Below, piece after piece: positions 8,875 through 19,384 of a DNA stretch of 64,000 nucleotides. The DNA lies in the NCBI GenBank assembly GCA_963733095.1, contig CAVTBV010000012.1, forward strand, positions 128,001 through 192,000, in the 5' to 3' direction. This DNA comes from Candidatus Bathyarchaeota archaeon. GTDB lineage: Archaea > Thermoproteota > Bathyarchaeia > Bathyarchaeales > Bathycorpusculaceae. Made by a program: the position numbers and the translations under genes. The notes below the pieces were generated by a model. The model worked only from the letters and a program-made list of their open reading frames with translations, was not told where the DNA came from and did no database searches. Numbering within the stretch: the first letter of the stretch is position 1; every line of letters starts with the position of its first letter.

Positions 8875-10131
8875 TTAGCATATTTTTAGATCAGCCATTT
8901 TGGCTCTGTTACCAAGGAAATGTTCGATTCGGATAAGCTCGTTTAACTTGGCTATGCGTGCGCCCTCAACCACGCCTGTTTTGATGACAGGGCACTTGTA
9001 TGCCACAGCCAAATGAGCTATGTGCCAATCACACGTATCGCCTGAACGGTGAGACACAACAGCGTCATAACCGTGCCTCTGTGCCAATTCGATTGTTTCA
9101 GCTGCATCGGTTAAGGTGCCTATCTGGTTGACTTTTATGATGATGGCGTTTCCAGCCTTAATCTTAATTCCATTATTTAACCTTTCAGTATTAGTTGTGA
9201 ACAAATCGTCTCCGCAAATCATGCAATTCTTGGCTTTGCGGGTAAGCTCAGCGAAACTGTCGAAGTCATCTTCGTTGAAGGGATCCTCAACATAGGCAAT
9301 ATGGTACTTCTCGATTAATTCAAGCATATATTCAAGCTGTTCGGAGGTGTCGCGTTTTTTGCCCTCCATCTCGTAAACGTATTTTTCTTCTTTGGGCTTC
9401 CAAAATGATGAAGCTGCAACATCGATGCCAAAGCCACATTCAAAATCCATTTCGTTGCCAACTTCTTCGCAGGCTTTAGCAATAACTTCGAAGGCATCGT
9501 CAGTGTCGATGTGTGCTATCCATGCGCCTTCGTCACTTTTGCCGCCGGTGAAGGTGGTGCTTTTCTTTTTTAGGGCTGTTTCAATTTTTTTATGGATTTG
9601 GGTGTTGGCGGTTTGGGCTTCCAAGAAGCTTTCAGCGCCATGTGGCAGGGCAAGGTATTCTTGTATACTGGGGGTTTTTCCGCCTCTAGCGTGTGCTCCA
9701 CCGCTTATGCAGTTACCCAATGGATAGGGCATGGTAGTGGCTGCGTTTCCTCCAAGAAACTGGAACAAAAGAAGGCTGTGACTGTTTGCAGCGGCTTCAG
9801 CGTTTGCAAGGCTGATCGCGCATGCAGTGTTTCCGCCGATGTTCTTAAAATCGGTGGTTCCGTCGATTTCATGCAGCGTACTGTCGATTTCTTCTTGGAA
9901 ATCAGCATTCAACCCTGCAAGTTCAGGGGCGATTAAATCGTCAACTTTTTTGATGGCTGCTTCAACGCCGCCTTGCGGATAATAGACTACTTCAGCTTTT
10001 CCGCGGCTTTTGCCCGCTGGAGCAGCGGCTCTTCCGAACCCGGAAGCAGTAATTACATCAACCTCTATTGTTTCTTCTCCACGATTATTGAAAACTTTTC
10101 TAGCAATGAGGTCCTCAATGATGGATGACAC
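8875..10131 (-). CDS. eno: Enolase (copy in the ribosomal-protein cluster)
   Basis: GGAHA, DEG, DVAAS, VEDP, GDDLF, KVNQIG, SHRSG; likely GTG start 10131 (track 10149). Confidence 0.93.
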   Translation of the reverse strand: MSSIIEDLIARKVFNNRGEETIEVDVITASGFGRAAAPAGKSRGKAEVVYYPQGGVEAAIKKVDDLIAPELAGLNADFQEEIDSTLHEIDGTTDFKNIGGNTACAISLANAEAAANSHSLLLFQFLGGNAATTMPYPLGNCISGGAHARGGKTPSIQEYLALPHGAESFLEAQTANTQIHKKIETALKKKSTTFTGGKSDEGAWIAHIDTDDAFEVIAKACEEVGNEMDFECGFGIDVAASSFWKPKEEKYVYEMEGKKRDTSEQLEYMLELIEKYHIAYVEDPFNEDDFDSFAELTRKAKNCMICGDDLFTTNTERLNNGIKIKAGNAIIIKVNQIGTLTDAAETIELAQRHGYDAVVSHRSGDTCDWHIAHLAVAYKCPVIKTGVVEGARIAKLNELIRIEHFLGNRAKMADLKIC

Positions 10132-10226
10132 GGTGCAATTAAACCTCAAGTGGCTATACTTTTGTTACGCACTTATTTTAGGTTTCGGAAACCCAAACCA
10201 AGTGATCAAGCGCTAGCATTTGTGCT

Positions 10227-10883
10227 CTAAATTGAGTCCCAGCGATTCATCGCTTGCTGCCGTTTCTTTTCTTGGGCAAGCTTTTGAATTTCACCAAAGA
10301 TTGCAATCGCCGCGAGGTATTTTGTGTTATAGTCTTGAATGGTTTCTTGCATTTTCACCGACCAAGCTAGCAGATGGGGATAGTAAGGTTTAGAGGTTGA
10401 GCCTTCGCCTTGAGGGCGGTCAAACCAGAATTCTTCATAGGAACCACTGTTGCCGCTGGCAGACACGTTAAACTTGTAGAATTCCAAAATTAAGCCTAAA
10501 CGACCCAGCACATGCCTAACGGCGCGGTCGAGGATTTCAGGATACTTGTCGTCAACCTGCAGGTACTGACGGATTGAATCATGCAGCCGAGGCCTCAGAT
10601 GCCACCACAGACCAGGTTTTTCCAACTCTGCCCTAACGTTTTTTTCTGTGCTTTGGATTAATTCGTTGACTTGGGCTTTCATGTTGGCGATTTTTTCTTC
10701 CTTCATGCCCAAAGTAACTTCGGGATGTTTTGCTAAATATTCTTTTGTGGTTTTCTTGTACCATTCGGATGCAAAGGAGATGGTTTCTTTGATGAATTCA
10801 CCTTTGAGTTCGTCCATACGTTGGCGAAGGGGTGAAAGCTCTGTTTCTTCTCGTTCAATCAGGGCATCTATGTCTTCACTCAT
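10227..10883 (-). CDS. Hypothetical helical protein
   Basis: 218-aa ORF with coiled-coil-like segments. Confidence 0.7.
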   Translation of the reverse strand: MSEDIDALIEREETELSPLRQRMDELKGEFIKETISFASEWYKKTTKEYLAKHPEVTLGMKEEKIANMKAQVNELIQSTEKNVRAELEKPGLWWHLRPRLHDSIRQYLQVDDKYPEILDRAVRHVLGRLGLILEFYKFNVSASGNSGSYEEFWFDRPQGEGSTSKPYYPHLLAWSVKMQETIQDYNTKYLAAIAIFGEIQKLAQEKKRQQAMNRWDSI

Positions 10884-11143
10884 GCTCAGGGAACCAGCGT
10901 TGATTTTTCTGCAAAGACATTGTCATTCCAAAGTTATATGCCTTGACATCATAAAAGATTTTTAAAAAACATGTAAACCACTACAAGCAAACTCTGTCGC
11001 GCCGCATAAAAATCTGAATGGAACTAACCCAACCCTTTTAGATCCTAATAGGATATCATTGCAGAAACTGTAGAGGGATAGTTGCCAAAACGAACATTTT
11101 TATCTAAAACATCCTATAGCTTACCTTTCAAGGTGTAATTTAC

Positions 11144-12088
11144 ATGGGTAAAGGTTCAGGGTATGGAAAAGTAATCTTGTTCGGCGAGCACTTCGTTGTT
11201 CACGGAGTACCGGGTATAGTGTCAGCCATCGACTCTACGACCGACGCGGAAGTCAAAAAGGCATCAAAAGGAATTAATGTTAAGGATGAGCGGAAAACCG
11301 CGAAGGGTTACAGTGAAGAAAAACGTCTCCAGCAAATGGAATCCATCGATAGAATGCTTAAAGCTATGGGAATTGACCCCAAAATCGCGTTGAACATTTG
11401 GGTTGGCGGCACGCTTCCTGGTTTTAGCGGTTTGGGCGCTTCGGCGGCAAGCAGCGTCGCCATCGCACGAGCCATCGCGCAGGAACTCGGCATGAAGGTG
11501 GCAGAAGAGATGATTAATCAGGTGGCTTATGAAGCTGAGAAAGCTTATGCGGGCAACCCCTCAGGCATCGACAATACTGCAGCCACCTTCGGCGGGTTGA
11601 TGTGGTTTAAGAAAAACTTGGGCGGCGGACAAGACCTGGTTGAACGTTTAGCCATAGAGGCACCGGTGGAAATAGTAATCGGCAGCACGGGCAAAGTCGC
11701 GAACACCAAAGCCATGGTGGAAGGCGTCTCTGAACGCAAACTCAAAAACCCCCAAAAATACAACTCCATATTCAAACGAGCTGAAGAACTCGCCTACGAA
11801 GGCCGAGCAGCACTAGAATTCTACAACCTCAAAAAAATCGGCGAACTCATGAACGAAAACCATCGCCTACTCCAAGAAATCGAAGTCTCAAGCAAAGAAC
11901 TCGACCTGCTCGTTGACGTTGCCAGAAATCAAGGTGCAGTAGGTGCTAAGCTCACGGGCGGCGGAGGTGGCGGATGCATGTTTGCGTTGACACCAGGCAA
12001 GGAGTTGCAGGGCAAAGTCGCAAGCGCCATTAAGAGTTTGGGTTTTGAAGTTTTAAGCACCAAAATTGGCGTCGAAACACAAAAGTAA
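11144..12088 (+). CDS. mvk: Mevalonate kinase
   Basis: GKVILFGEHFVVHG, GLGASAA, GNPSGID, GAKLTGGGGGGC (GHMP kinase). Confidence 0.95.
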   Translation: MGKGSGYGKVILFGEHFVVHGVPGIVSAIDSTTDAEVKKASKGINVKDERKTAKGYSEEKRLQQMESIDRMLKAMGIDPKIALNIWVGGTLPGFSGLGASAASSVAIARAIAQELGMKVAEEMINQVAYEAEKAYAGNPSGIDNTAATFGGLMWFKKNLGGGQDLVERLAIEAPVEIVIGSTGKVANTKAMVEGVSERKLKNPQKYNSIFKRAEELAYEGRAALEFYNLKKIGELMNENHRLLQEIEVSSKELDLLVDVARNQGAVGAKLTGGGGGGCMFALTPGKELQGKVASAIKSLGFEVLSTKIGVETQK

Positions 12089-12126
12089 AAAAGGTGGCGG
12101 GAATAACTGCCATTTTTGTTTTTTTA
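12088..12126 (+). terminator. Hairpin plus U-tract terminator after mvk
   Basis: GGTGGCGG-GAATAA-CTGCCATT followed by TTTGTTTTTTT. Confidence 0.6.
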
Positions 12127-12327
12127 GCTTATAACCTTGTGTTCTTTCAAGAAGCTCAGGGTTTCATTGTGGAGTGTACTAGAATACCCGAGTAGTTAGT
12201 TCTTGTTTATCAATAATCAAATAGTTAATTTTCTTGTTTCTAAAGTAGCTGGTAAGTCAAATGGACATGTTTTTCACTACACACATAATTTTAATTCTGA
12301 TTTCCAATTATTAGTAAGACGATAAGT

Positions 12328-12621
12328 ATGAGACGTTCCAAATTAGAAATGTACATTGACATCCTTACAGTTCTGGCTCATAAAGGACCGCTGAAGCTAA
12401 CACACATCATGTATAAAGCAAACGTTAACTGTAGTGTCTTAAAAGAAAATCTTGATTTCCTCATAAAACAAGGCTTGATAGAAGAGCGCTCTATTCACAA
12501 AAGCCGCATAGTATACGCAGTTACTCAACGTGGAATATCAGTTTTGAAATACTTCAAGGAACTAAAACAAGTCTTGCCTATAGTAGAGAAAACACGAAAC
12601 CAAGCAGCAATCCCCTATTAA
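12328..12621 (+). CDS. Winged helix-turn-helix transcriptional regulator
   Basis: MRRSKLEMYIDIL...LTHIMYKANVNCSVLK...YAVTQRG, a common archaeal wHTH family. Confidence 0.88.
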   Translation: MRRSKLEMYIDILTVLAHKGPLKLTHIMYKANVNCSVLKENLDFLIKQGLIEERSIHKSRIVYAVTQRGISVLKYFKELKQVLPIVEKTRNQAAIPY

Positions 12622-12931
12622 AACCACGACTAAAAGCATCTAAGTTGGTTCTGGTTTCCTGCATGGACAATAAAAGCTGTGGTTCGATTGTTTATGTTTG
12701 TAAACTTTGGCCTCTTCAACCGCACTAACAACCCAGACAAGGTGACCGCAGTTCTTACATTTCATAGATGAACCTCAAACAAGAATTTGGTTTCTAGTCA
12801 CTAATCAGCATTATGAGAATATGACACTTTTCTTTTTACTGAATAATATTCCTTCCGAAACAACTGTAACAACTATGTTCAAGAAACATTAAAAACTGTC
12901 GCCGAAAGAACGTCGCTAACTAAGCTCAGTA

Positions 12932-15382
12932 TCACCTTTTGAATACAATTCCTGTGTGGTTAAGTAGTTTGTATAAGCGCACTTTTGCAAGGTCCGTTAT
13001 AAAGAAAAGTGTAAACGCGTAACCCCACACCAGAGCGGCCAGTCCCCAACCCATAGCAGGAAGCAGAAAACCGTATACAGTAATTAATATAGCAGTTAAT
13101 TGAACAGCTACGGATGCAAAAAGAAGCTGCTTAGCAGGTTTAACCGACCAAAAATGCCCCTTAGTTCTCGCAACAAACACAGTCATATTTCCCGCGACTG
13201 CAAGCTTCAGGTATATGAAAGATTGCAGCACCACTAGGTTTAGCTTCAACACAACTAATCCGATGTAGAGAATCCCGAAAGTCGAAAATACCCCGATTAC
13301 TCCAAGAAACGTCGCTATACCCAACAGAGTTCGCATGTCCCATTTCTCAGGCTTATTAGAGTATTTCACGTTGTCATAAGCTATGGTCATTATCGGCAGG
13401 TCATTTAGAAGCGCTAACAAAACCAGCATCAGAGCATTGATTGGGAAAAACTGGAAAATGAGGATTGATGCAGTCATGAAAAGCAGAATGCGTATCGTTT
13501 CTGCGATTCGGTACGTACAATAATTCGTCATTCGCTGGAAAATCTTGCGACTCTCCTTAATAGCGTCGATAATGACAGAAAGACCGGGTTTAGTCAGAAC
13601 TATATCTGCCGCTGACTTTGCAGCGTCGGTGGCGCCCTGAACAGCAATACCAGCGTTAGCTTTCTTCAAAGCTGGCGCATCATTTACCCCATCGCCAGTC
13701 ATGCCTACGATGTGTCCTCTGTTTTGGAGAAGTTCTACGATATGATATTTGTGTTCAGGAAAGACCTCTGCGAATCCCTCAGCTTTTTCTACTATGTCTT
13801 GTGCGTCTTTTTCGTGTGATGATCCCATAAAGGCTTCGGGAAGTACGATGGTTGTTCCCAAATTTACTTCACGTGATATTTCTTTGGCGATAGCTATGTG
13901 GTCTCCGGTGACCATTTTCACGTTAACACCCATCGATTGAGCGGTCTTTATTGTTTTGGCTGAATCTTCCCGCGGTGGGTCAAACAAAGCAATTAACCCT
14001 GCAAATTGCCACTTATTCTCCTTATTAGTTCGTGCCACGCCAAGCGCACGGTACCCTTTTTTCGCAAATTCGTTAACATCTTCAGTTAATTTGTCATTGA
14101 TTGCTTTTTTGTCTTCGATTAAGGCTAGAATAGCTTGAGGGGCTCCTTTAGTTACCTTAAACTGGCTCCCATTCTCTTCTAGTACTGTTGCCTCTGTTCT
14201 TTTTACCACTGGATCAAAGGGTTTAAAACCGGTTACTTTGATTTGTTTAATTCTATCTTCAATGGCGGGAGTACTCTTGGTTTTTGTAAAGATTGCATTG
14301 TCGATTGGATCTTGATCTTCTTCTCTTGAAGCTAGTGTACTGAATAACAGGACATCATTTTCTGTGAATTCGGCATAAGGTTTGGTTCCGCCCATAGTGA
14401 GCGCGTTTTTGGTGATAGTTCCTGTTTTGTCGGAGCACAGCACATCCATACTTGCCATTTCCTCAATTGCGACCAACTTGCTAACTATAGCTTCCTTTTT
14501 CGCTAGGGCTATGGCACCTATAGCCATTGTAACTGAAAGAACCGCGGGAAGTGCAGCGGGTATACCTGCAACAGTCAAAATCAATGCAAACTGAATGATG
14601 TCTAAGATGTTTTGACCCCGAAAAATTGATACTAACGCGATAATTAATACCAGTCCTATCGCGAGGAAAATCAGATAATCGCCTATTTTGCTGATGGCTT
14701 TTTGGAAGTGACTTGGTGTTTGGGCTTGTTCGACGAGTTTAGCAGTTTTGCCGAAAAAGGTTTTGGCGGCGGTGTTGACTACGAGCGCGTTCATTTCGCC
14801 CTGTTTGACGATTGAGCTTGCATATCCTATGTCTGAGAGATGTTTCTCTACGGGAAGAGATTCACCGGTTAATGCGGATTCGTCTGTTAAGAGGTAGTCT
14901 CCGTCAATTAGTTTTACGTCAGCAGGGACAATTTCTCCTAAACGCAATCGAACAACGTCGCCTGGCACCAATTTTCCAGCGGGCATTTCCTGCCATTTAC
15001 CATCACGCAGAACTCGCGCCTTTATGGCTAGTCTCTGCTTGAGCAGTTCTATGGCGTTTCCTGCTTTGTGTTCCTGCCACGAACCAACTATAGCGTTTAC
15101 CATCAATAGTGTCAAAATTATTGCAAAATCAGGCCATCGTTGGATGACCGCAGACATTATTACTGCTGCCTCAATCATCCAGGGAATTGGACCCCAAAAA
15201 TAGCGCAGGAACTTTAGTAGCGGGTTAACTTTTTTCTCCTGAATTTCATTAGGACCGTATTGAGCAAGTCGTTTTTCCGCTTCTGAGGAAGAAAGACCCC
15301 CCTTGTTAGCCGAAAGATTACTTAATAGATCATCAATATTGGCTTTTTTTGCCTCTTCTGTGGTTAAGAGACTTTGACTCAT
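12932..15382 (-). CDS. Plasma-membrane proton-efflux P-type ATPase (P3A)
   Basis: FWGPIPWMIE, TGES, CSDKTGT, KGAPQ, TGDGVNDAPALKKA, YRIAETIR, LNDLPIMTIAYD. Confidence 0.93.
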   Translation of the reverse strand: MSQSLLTTEEAKKANIDDLLSNLSANKGGLSSSEAEKRLAQYGPNEIQEKKVNPLLKFLRYFWGPIPWMIEAAVIMSAVIQRWPDFAIILTLLMVNAIVGSWQEHKAGNAIELLKQRLAIKARVLRDGKWQEMPAGKLVPGDVVRLRLGEIVPADVKLIDGDYLLTDESALTGESLPVEKHLSDIGYASSIVKQGEMNALVVNTAAKTFFGKTAKLVEQAQTPSHFQKAISKIGDYLIFLAIGLVLIIALVSIFRGQNILDIIQFALILTVAGIPAALPAVLSVTMAIGAIALAKKEAIVSKLVAIEEMASMDVLCSDKTGTITKNALTMGGTKPYAEFTENDVLLFSTLASREEDQDPIDNAIFTKTKSTPAIEDRIKQIKVTGFKPFDPVVKRTEATVLEENGSQFKVTKGAPQAILALIEDKKAINDKLTEDVNEFAKKGYRALGVARTNKENKWQFAGLIALFDPPREDSAKTIKTAQSMGVNVKMVTGDHIAIAKEISREVNLGTTIVLPEAFMGSSHEKDAQDIVEKAEGFAEVFPEHKYHIVELLQNRGHIVGMTGDGVNDAPALKKANAGIAVQGATDAAKSAADIVLTKPGLSVIIDAIKESRKIFQRMTNYCTYRIAETIRILLFMTASILIFQFFPINALMLVLLALLNDLPIMTIAYDNVKYSNKPEKWDMRTLLGIATFLGVIGVFSTFGILYIGLVVLKLNLVVLQSFIYLKLAVAGNMTVFVARTKGHFWSVKPAKQLLFASVAVQLTAILITVYGFLLPAMGWGLAALVWGYAFTLFFITDLAKVRLYKLLNHTGIVFKR

Positions 15383-16701
15383 GCATTGACACTCTCTATC
15401 AGTTTTGTCATTTCCTTCTTGAGTTCGTCAAGTCTTTTTTGATCTCTTACCTCTATCGATAAGCGCAGTATCGGTGATGTGTTTGATGCTCTGATCAGAG
15501 CCCATGAATCTGGAAAAACAATTTTGACGCCATCAATGGTGTTTATGTTTTGATAGGTTTCCATTGCCTTTTCTTTTATCTTGTTGATAACTTGAAACTT
15601 TGTTTCGTCTGAGCATTTTATTTCGATTCTTTCGAAAAGCCTCGCCGGCAACTCTTTAATAGCTTCTGACAGTTTCTGCCCCATTTTTGAGACTATTTCT
15701 GTCAGGTACATACTGTTTATTATTGCATCGTCAAACCAAAAGAACTTTGGAACACATATGTGACCAGATTTTTCAACACCAAACACAGCGTTGTGCTTCT
15801 TGGTCTCCTGCACCAAAAAAGTGTGGCCAACTGGTACTCGAAACACTTTTTCACCGTATTTCTTAACCTCATCTTCTATAATGTCTGAACATTCTATGTT
15901 GGCGACGACCGGTCCCCTCTGAGTTTTCATTATATCCCTGATGAAGAGGATTGCGCTTTGCTCGGTCATGATGACTTTGCCTGTGTCATCAACGAAAATG
16001 GCTCTGTCGCCATCGCCATCGAACGCTATTCCAAGATCTGCCTTCTCCGATACAACCTTCTTGCACAGAGCGGTCAACGCTTCTGGTTTCGGTTCAGGGT
16101 CTCTGTTCGAGAATGTTGGGTCCGGCCAATCAAACAGGAAAGTGGCTTTGACACCAATTTTATTGAGGATTTTCGGCACCAAGAGACATGCAGCTCCGTT
16201 TCCGAAGTCAGCGACCACACTTATTTTCTCCGGTTTTATTTTTTCATCAATGAAATTAGCGTATTCTACGTCCATTCCTTCGAGTTTCTTTGCTGTTCCC
16301 GTTCCTGTTTTAAAATTTTCTGAAGCGCTTATCTCCCCAAGTTTTTTGTTTTCGTCTTCGAAGAAGCCAACTCCGTCTTGATGGAAGAACTTAACTCCGT
16401 TCCACTCTGCTGGCAGATGAGACGCAGTTATGTATGCGGTTGCATCGTTTTTCATTTTCCAGGTGGCAAAGACGCATAGACTCGCCGGACAGGTTCCGAT
16501 TAGATTTGCGTTTGACCCCGTTTTTTTCAGTCCTGAAATAAACGCCTCCTCAAGTTCGGCTCCATGCTCTCTGAAGTCCCGTCCAATCGTGAAGGTACCA
16601 GGGGACAAGGTTCCGGCTGCTTCACCTATTTTGGCCATGATTTCTTCCGTTAAGTCTTTACCATAAATTCCTCTTATGTCGTAAGCTCTAAAAATACTCA
16701 T
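15379..16701 (-). CDS. Phosphomannomutase/phosphoglucomutase
   Basis: IFRAYDIRG, TASH, FDGDGDR, GVEKSGH, RASNTSP. Confidence 0.93.
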   Translation of the reverse strand: MSIFRAYDIRGIYGKDLTEEIMAKIGEAAGTLSPGTFTIGRDFREHGAELEEAFISGLKKTGSNANLIGTCPASLCVFATWKMKNDATAYITASHLPAEWNGVKFFHQDGVGFFEDENKKLGEISASENFKTGTGTAKKLEGMDVEYANFIDEKIKPEKISVVADFGNGAACLLVPKILNKIGVKATFLFDWPDPTFSNRDPEPKPEALTALCKKVVSEKADLGIAFDGDGDRAIFVDDTGKVIMTEQSAILFIRDIMKTQRGPVVANIECSDIIEDEVKKYGEKVFRVPVGHTFLVQETKKHNAVFGVEKSGHICVPKFFWFDDAIINSMYLTEIVSKMGQKLSEAIKELPARLFERIEIKCSDETKFQVINKIKEKAMETYQNINTIDGVKIVFPDSWALIRASNTSPILRLSIEVRDQKRLDELKKEMTKLIESVNA

Positions 16702-16742
16702 TTTCTGTCACTTACCGTTTTTATTTGGACCAAAATGTTGAC

Positions 16743-18515
16743 CTATAGATAGGCATCTGTGGCGTATCTTCGCATCATACGATGCGTATTAAAGTAATAT
16801 GCGACTTTGCCTATAGAGTTTTTCATCATATATATCCAACCGTCGCGGTCCTGGTAAAATTTGGGAATAATAACATATTCCAGCTTGTTGTAGAGGTCAG
16901 CAATTTCTCTTTTTCTTCTTTGTTCTTCACTTATCGTTTGATCAGGCGATGGACCTATAGCCCACCCTGTGAGACTTTCAACGCAACCTTCTATCCACCA
17001 TCCGTCTAAAACGCTGAAGTTGATTACACCGTTATGAGATGCTTTCATTCCGCTTGTTCCAGATGCCTCCATTGGCGGCATAGGGGTATTAAGCCAAACG
17101 TCAACACCCGAAGTCAATTTTTGAGCCATTTCCATATTGTAATTTTCAAGATAGACTATTTCGATTTCACCCTTCAGGCGGTCCTTAAACTCGTAAATTT
17201 CTTTGATAAGATTTTTTCCCAGCACATCCTTCGGATGTGCCTTTCCAGCGAAAATAAGTTGAATCTTGCCCTGACTGTTGACTTCTTTAAGCTTTTCTAT
17301 ATCTGAAAAAATCATTGCTGCTCGCTTGTATTCCGTGGCTCTTCTGGCAAACCCTAACGTTAAAGCTTCGGTATCCATTTGCAACCCAGAACTGGTGTGA
17401 ACAAAGTCGAGTAAATCTTGCTTTGCTTTTATGTGAGCTTCCCATAGATCCTCTTCAGGAACAGTGTCAACTCTTACCAAAAGTTCAGGTTCATTGGCCC
17501 ATCGGGGAATATATTTGTCGAATAATTTTCTAAAGTGTGAACAAGTCCAAGTGTAGGAATGGACACCGTTGGTTATTTCCTGAATGTGGTATCCAGGAAA
17601 CAATTTCCTCGAGTACTCCATGTGTGCTTCTGTTACGCCATTGGTGTATTTGCTAAGATTTAAGGCCAGAAGAGTCATGTTCAATTTGTCAGATCCGCCG
17701 AACTCTTTCAAGCTTTTCTCAGGCACCTCTGTTTCAAGAACTTCCGAAAGGAGGTCGTATGAGAATTTGTCAAATGCGGCAGCCACTGGAGTATGGGTTG
17801 TGAAAACACACCGATTTTTTACTTTGTCAGCGTTCAAATCGTTGTTCTTTAACAGTTCAAGGGTGAGAAGACTGCTATGGCCCTCGTTCATGTGATATTT
17901 CTTAACATTAATTTTCAGCGCCTCAAGAATACGTAACCCGCCTATTCCCAAAACAATTTCTTGCTTTAACCTGTATTTTTCGTCTCCTCCATAAAGGAAA
18001 TCTGTAATTTCCCTATCTTCTTGAGTGTTCCCTTCAACATCGGTTGTAAGGAACAACACAGGAATGGTTCCTCCGGTTAGACTTTCTTGTTCATAGACCC
18101 AAACTCCGATTTTGACATCTCGCCCAGAAATTTTTATGGTTGCAGTTTCGGGTAATAGTTTCATGAATTTTGAAGGATCCCATTCTTCAGGGTATTCCAT
18201 TTGCCAGCCGTCAGGCGTTAGTTTCTGTTTCAGATAGCCTTTTTTACTGACAAGGGTTAATGCGACTAATGGAATTCTCAAGTCTGCACTTGACCTAATC
18301 ACGTCTCCCGCCAAAACGCCCAGTCCTCCGCTGTAGGTTGGCATGGCAGAGTTTATGCCGATTTCCATGGAAAAGTAAGCGATTTTGGTGCCTTCGATGA
18401 AGCTGCTCATGCAGTACTCGCTGTCAAAATAATACTGCTTAGACAAAAAATTCGCTGTAAACTGAGTGGTGGATGGTTCTAAAGGCATTCCACAAACAGG
18501 ATCTTTGATAAACAT
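16743..18515 (-). CDS. glgP: Alpha-glucan phosphorylase with N-terminal YHS domain
   Basis: AYFSMEIG, YSGGLGVLAGD, HMNEGH, GFARRATEYKR, EASGTSGMKA; N-terminal DPVCGM...YYFDSEYC; likely start 18515. Confidence 0.93.
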   Translation of the reverse strand: MFIKDPVCGMPLEPSTTQFTANFLSKQYYFDSEYCMSSFIEGTKIAYFSMEIGINSAMPTYSGGLGVLAGDVIRSSADLRIPLVALTLVSKKGYLKQKLTPDGWQMEYPEEWDPSKFMKLLPETATIKISGRDVKIGVWVYEQESLTGGTIPVLFLTTDVEGNTQEDREITDFLYGGDEKYRLKQEIVLGIGGLRILEALKINVKKYHMNEGHSSLLTLELLKNNDLNADKVKNRCVFTTHTPVAAAFDKFSYDLLSEVLETEVPEKSLKEFGGSDKLNMTLLALNLSKYTNGVTEAHMEYSRKLFPGYHIQEITNGVHSYTWTCSHFRKLFDKYIPRWANEPELLVRVDTVPEEDLWEAHIKAKQDLLDFVHTSSGLQMDTEALTLGFARRATEYKRAAMIFSDIEKLKEVNSQGKIQLIFAGKAHPKDVLGKNLIKEIYEFKDRLKGEIEIVYLENYNMEMAQKLTSGVDVWLNTPMPPMEASGTSGMKASHNGVINFSVLDGWWIEGCVESLTGWAIGPSPDQTISEEQRRKREIADLYNKLEYVIIPKFYQDRDGWIYMMKNSIGKVAYYFNTHRMMRRYATDAYL

Positions 18516-18849
18516 ATAAACAAAAACCTCGCTAAGAAGAGTGCTACCTCCACCCATAATTAGTTTCCGCTATTAAATAACTCACCTTTTTGGGCTCAAG
18601 AAATTGGCTATTTTGTTCGCTTTTGCCGTTTGGCTCATTTGACAACACAGTGTGACGTGTAGGGACGCACAATTAAGAGGGACCTTGTCGGTTCAACATT
18701 CAATACTCACCAAAACTTAAGCTCAACCCAAACGTGGGCGGGACCCTATAGGTTACTCTTGCGGATTTAGAATAGGGATATAGCTTGAGGGTTTTTAAGC
18801 TTCAACACAGCTTCTATTGTAGTAGACGGCAACAATAAGGAGGAATATC

Positions 18850-19098
18850 GTGAGTAGATCAAGGCAAGGTGGCAGTTACGAGGGAAAACGTGGTCATGGC
18901 AAGGGTTTTAAACGTTGCCCAGTGGAGTTGGGGGAAGAATTGGAAGTAGCAATTACGGAATTGAGCCCAAAGGGAGAAGGTATAGCTAGAAATCAAGGCT
19001 TTGTAATTTATGTTGCCGACGCAAAACCTGGAGACATAGTAAAAGTAAAGATCACCAAACTGACAAACATGGCAGCAAATGCACAAGTTGTTAAATAG
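18850..19098 (+). CDS. TRAM-domain protein (archaeal cold-shock RNA chaperone type)
   Basis: PVELGEELEVAI...GEGIAR..GFVIYV..AKPGDIVKVKI. Confidence 0.88.
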   Translation: MSRSRQGGSYEGKRGHGKGFKRCPVELGEELEVAITELSPKGEGIARNQGFVIYVADAKPGDIVKVKITKLTNMAANAQVVK

Positions 19099-19384
19099 AT
19101 TCGCTAATGAAAATCAAACTAAAATTTTGCAAAATCAACAAGCACAATTATAGCATAAATACTTAGTTAGAAATCGCGCTAATTCTTTAAACGACTTTAA
19201 ATCCTTGTATAACAGTATATAAGTTGCAGAGTCAGCGGTTTTGGAACAGCAAAAAACTAAGTCTTCAATCTTTCTGATCAAATCCATTTCGGGTATGCTC
19301 TGAGATAAGACTAAGCCCATGAATCCATAAAAACGCTGATTATGCAAAAAAACTATTAATGGATAACATTTAGGAGAGAATAAA

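Noticed and set aside
7577-10216. Numerous antisense or overlapping ORFs over MEMO, rps2 and eno (likewise over thermosome, ubiD and smc)
   Set aside because: Shadow frames of well-supported genes, with no motifs of their own.
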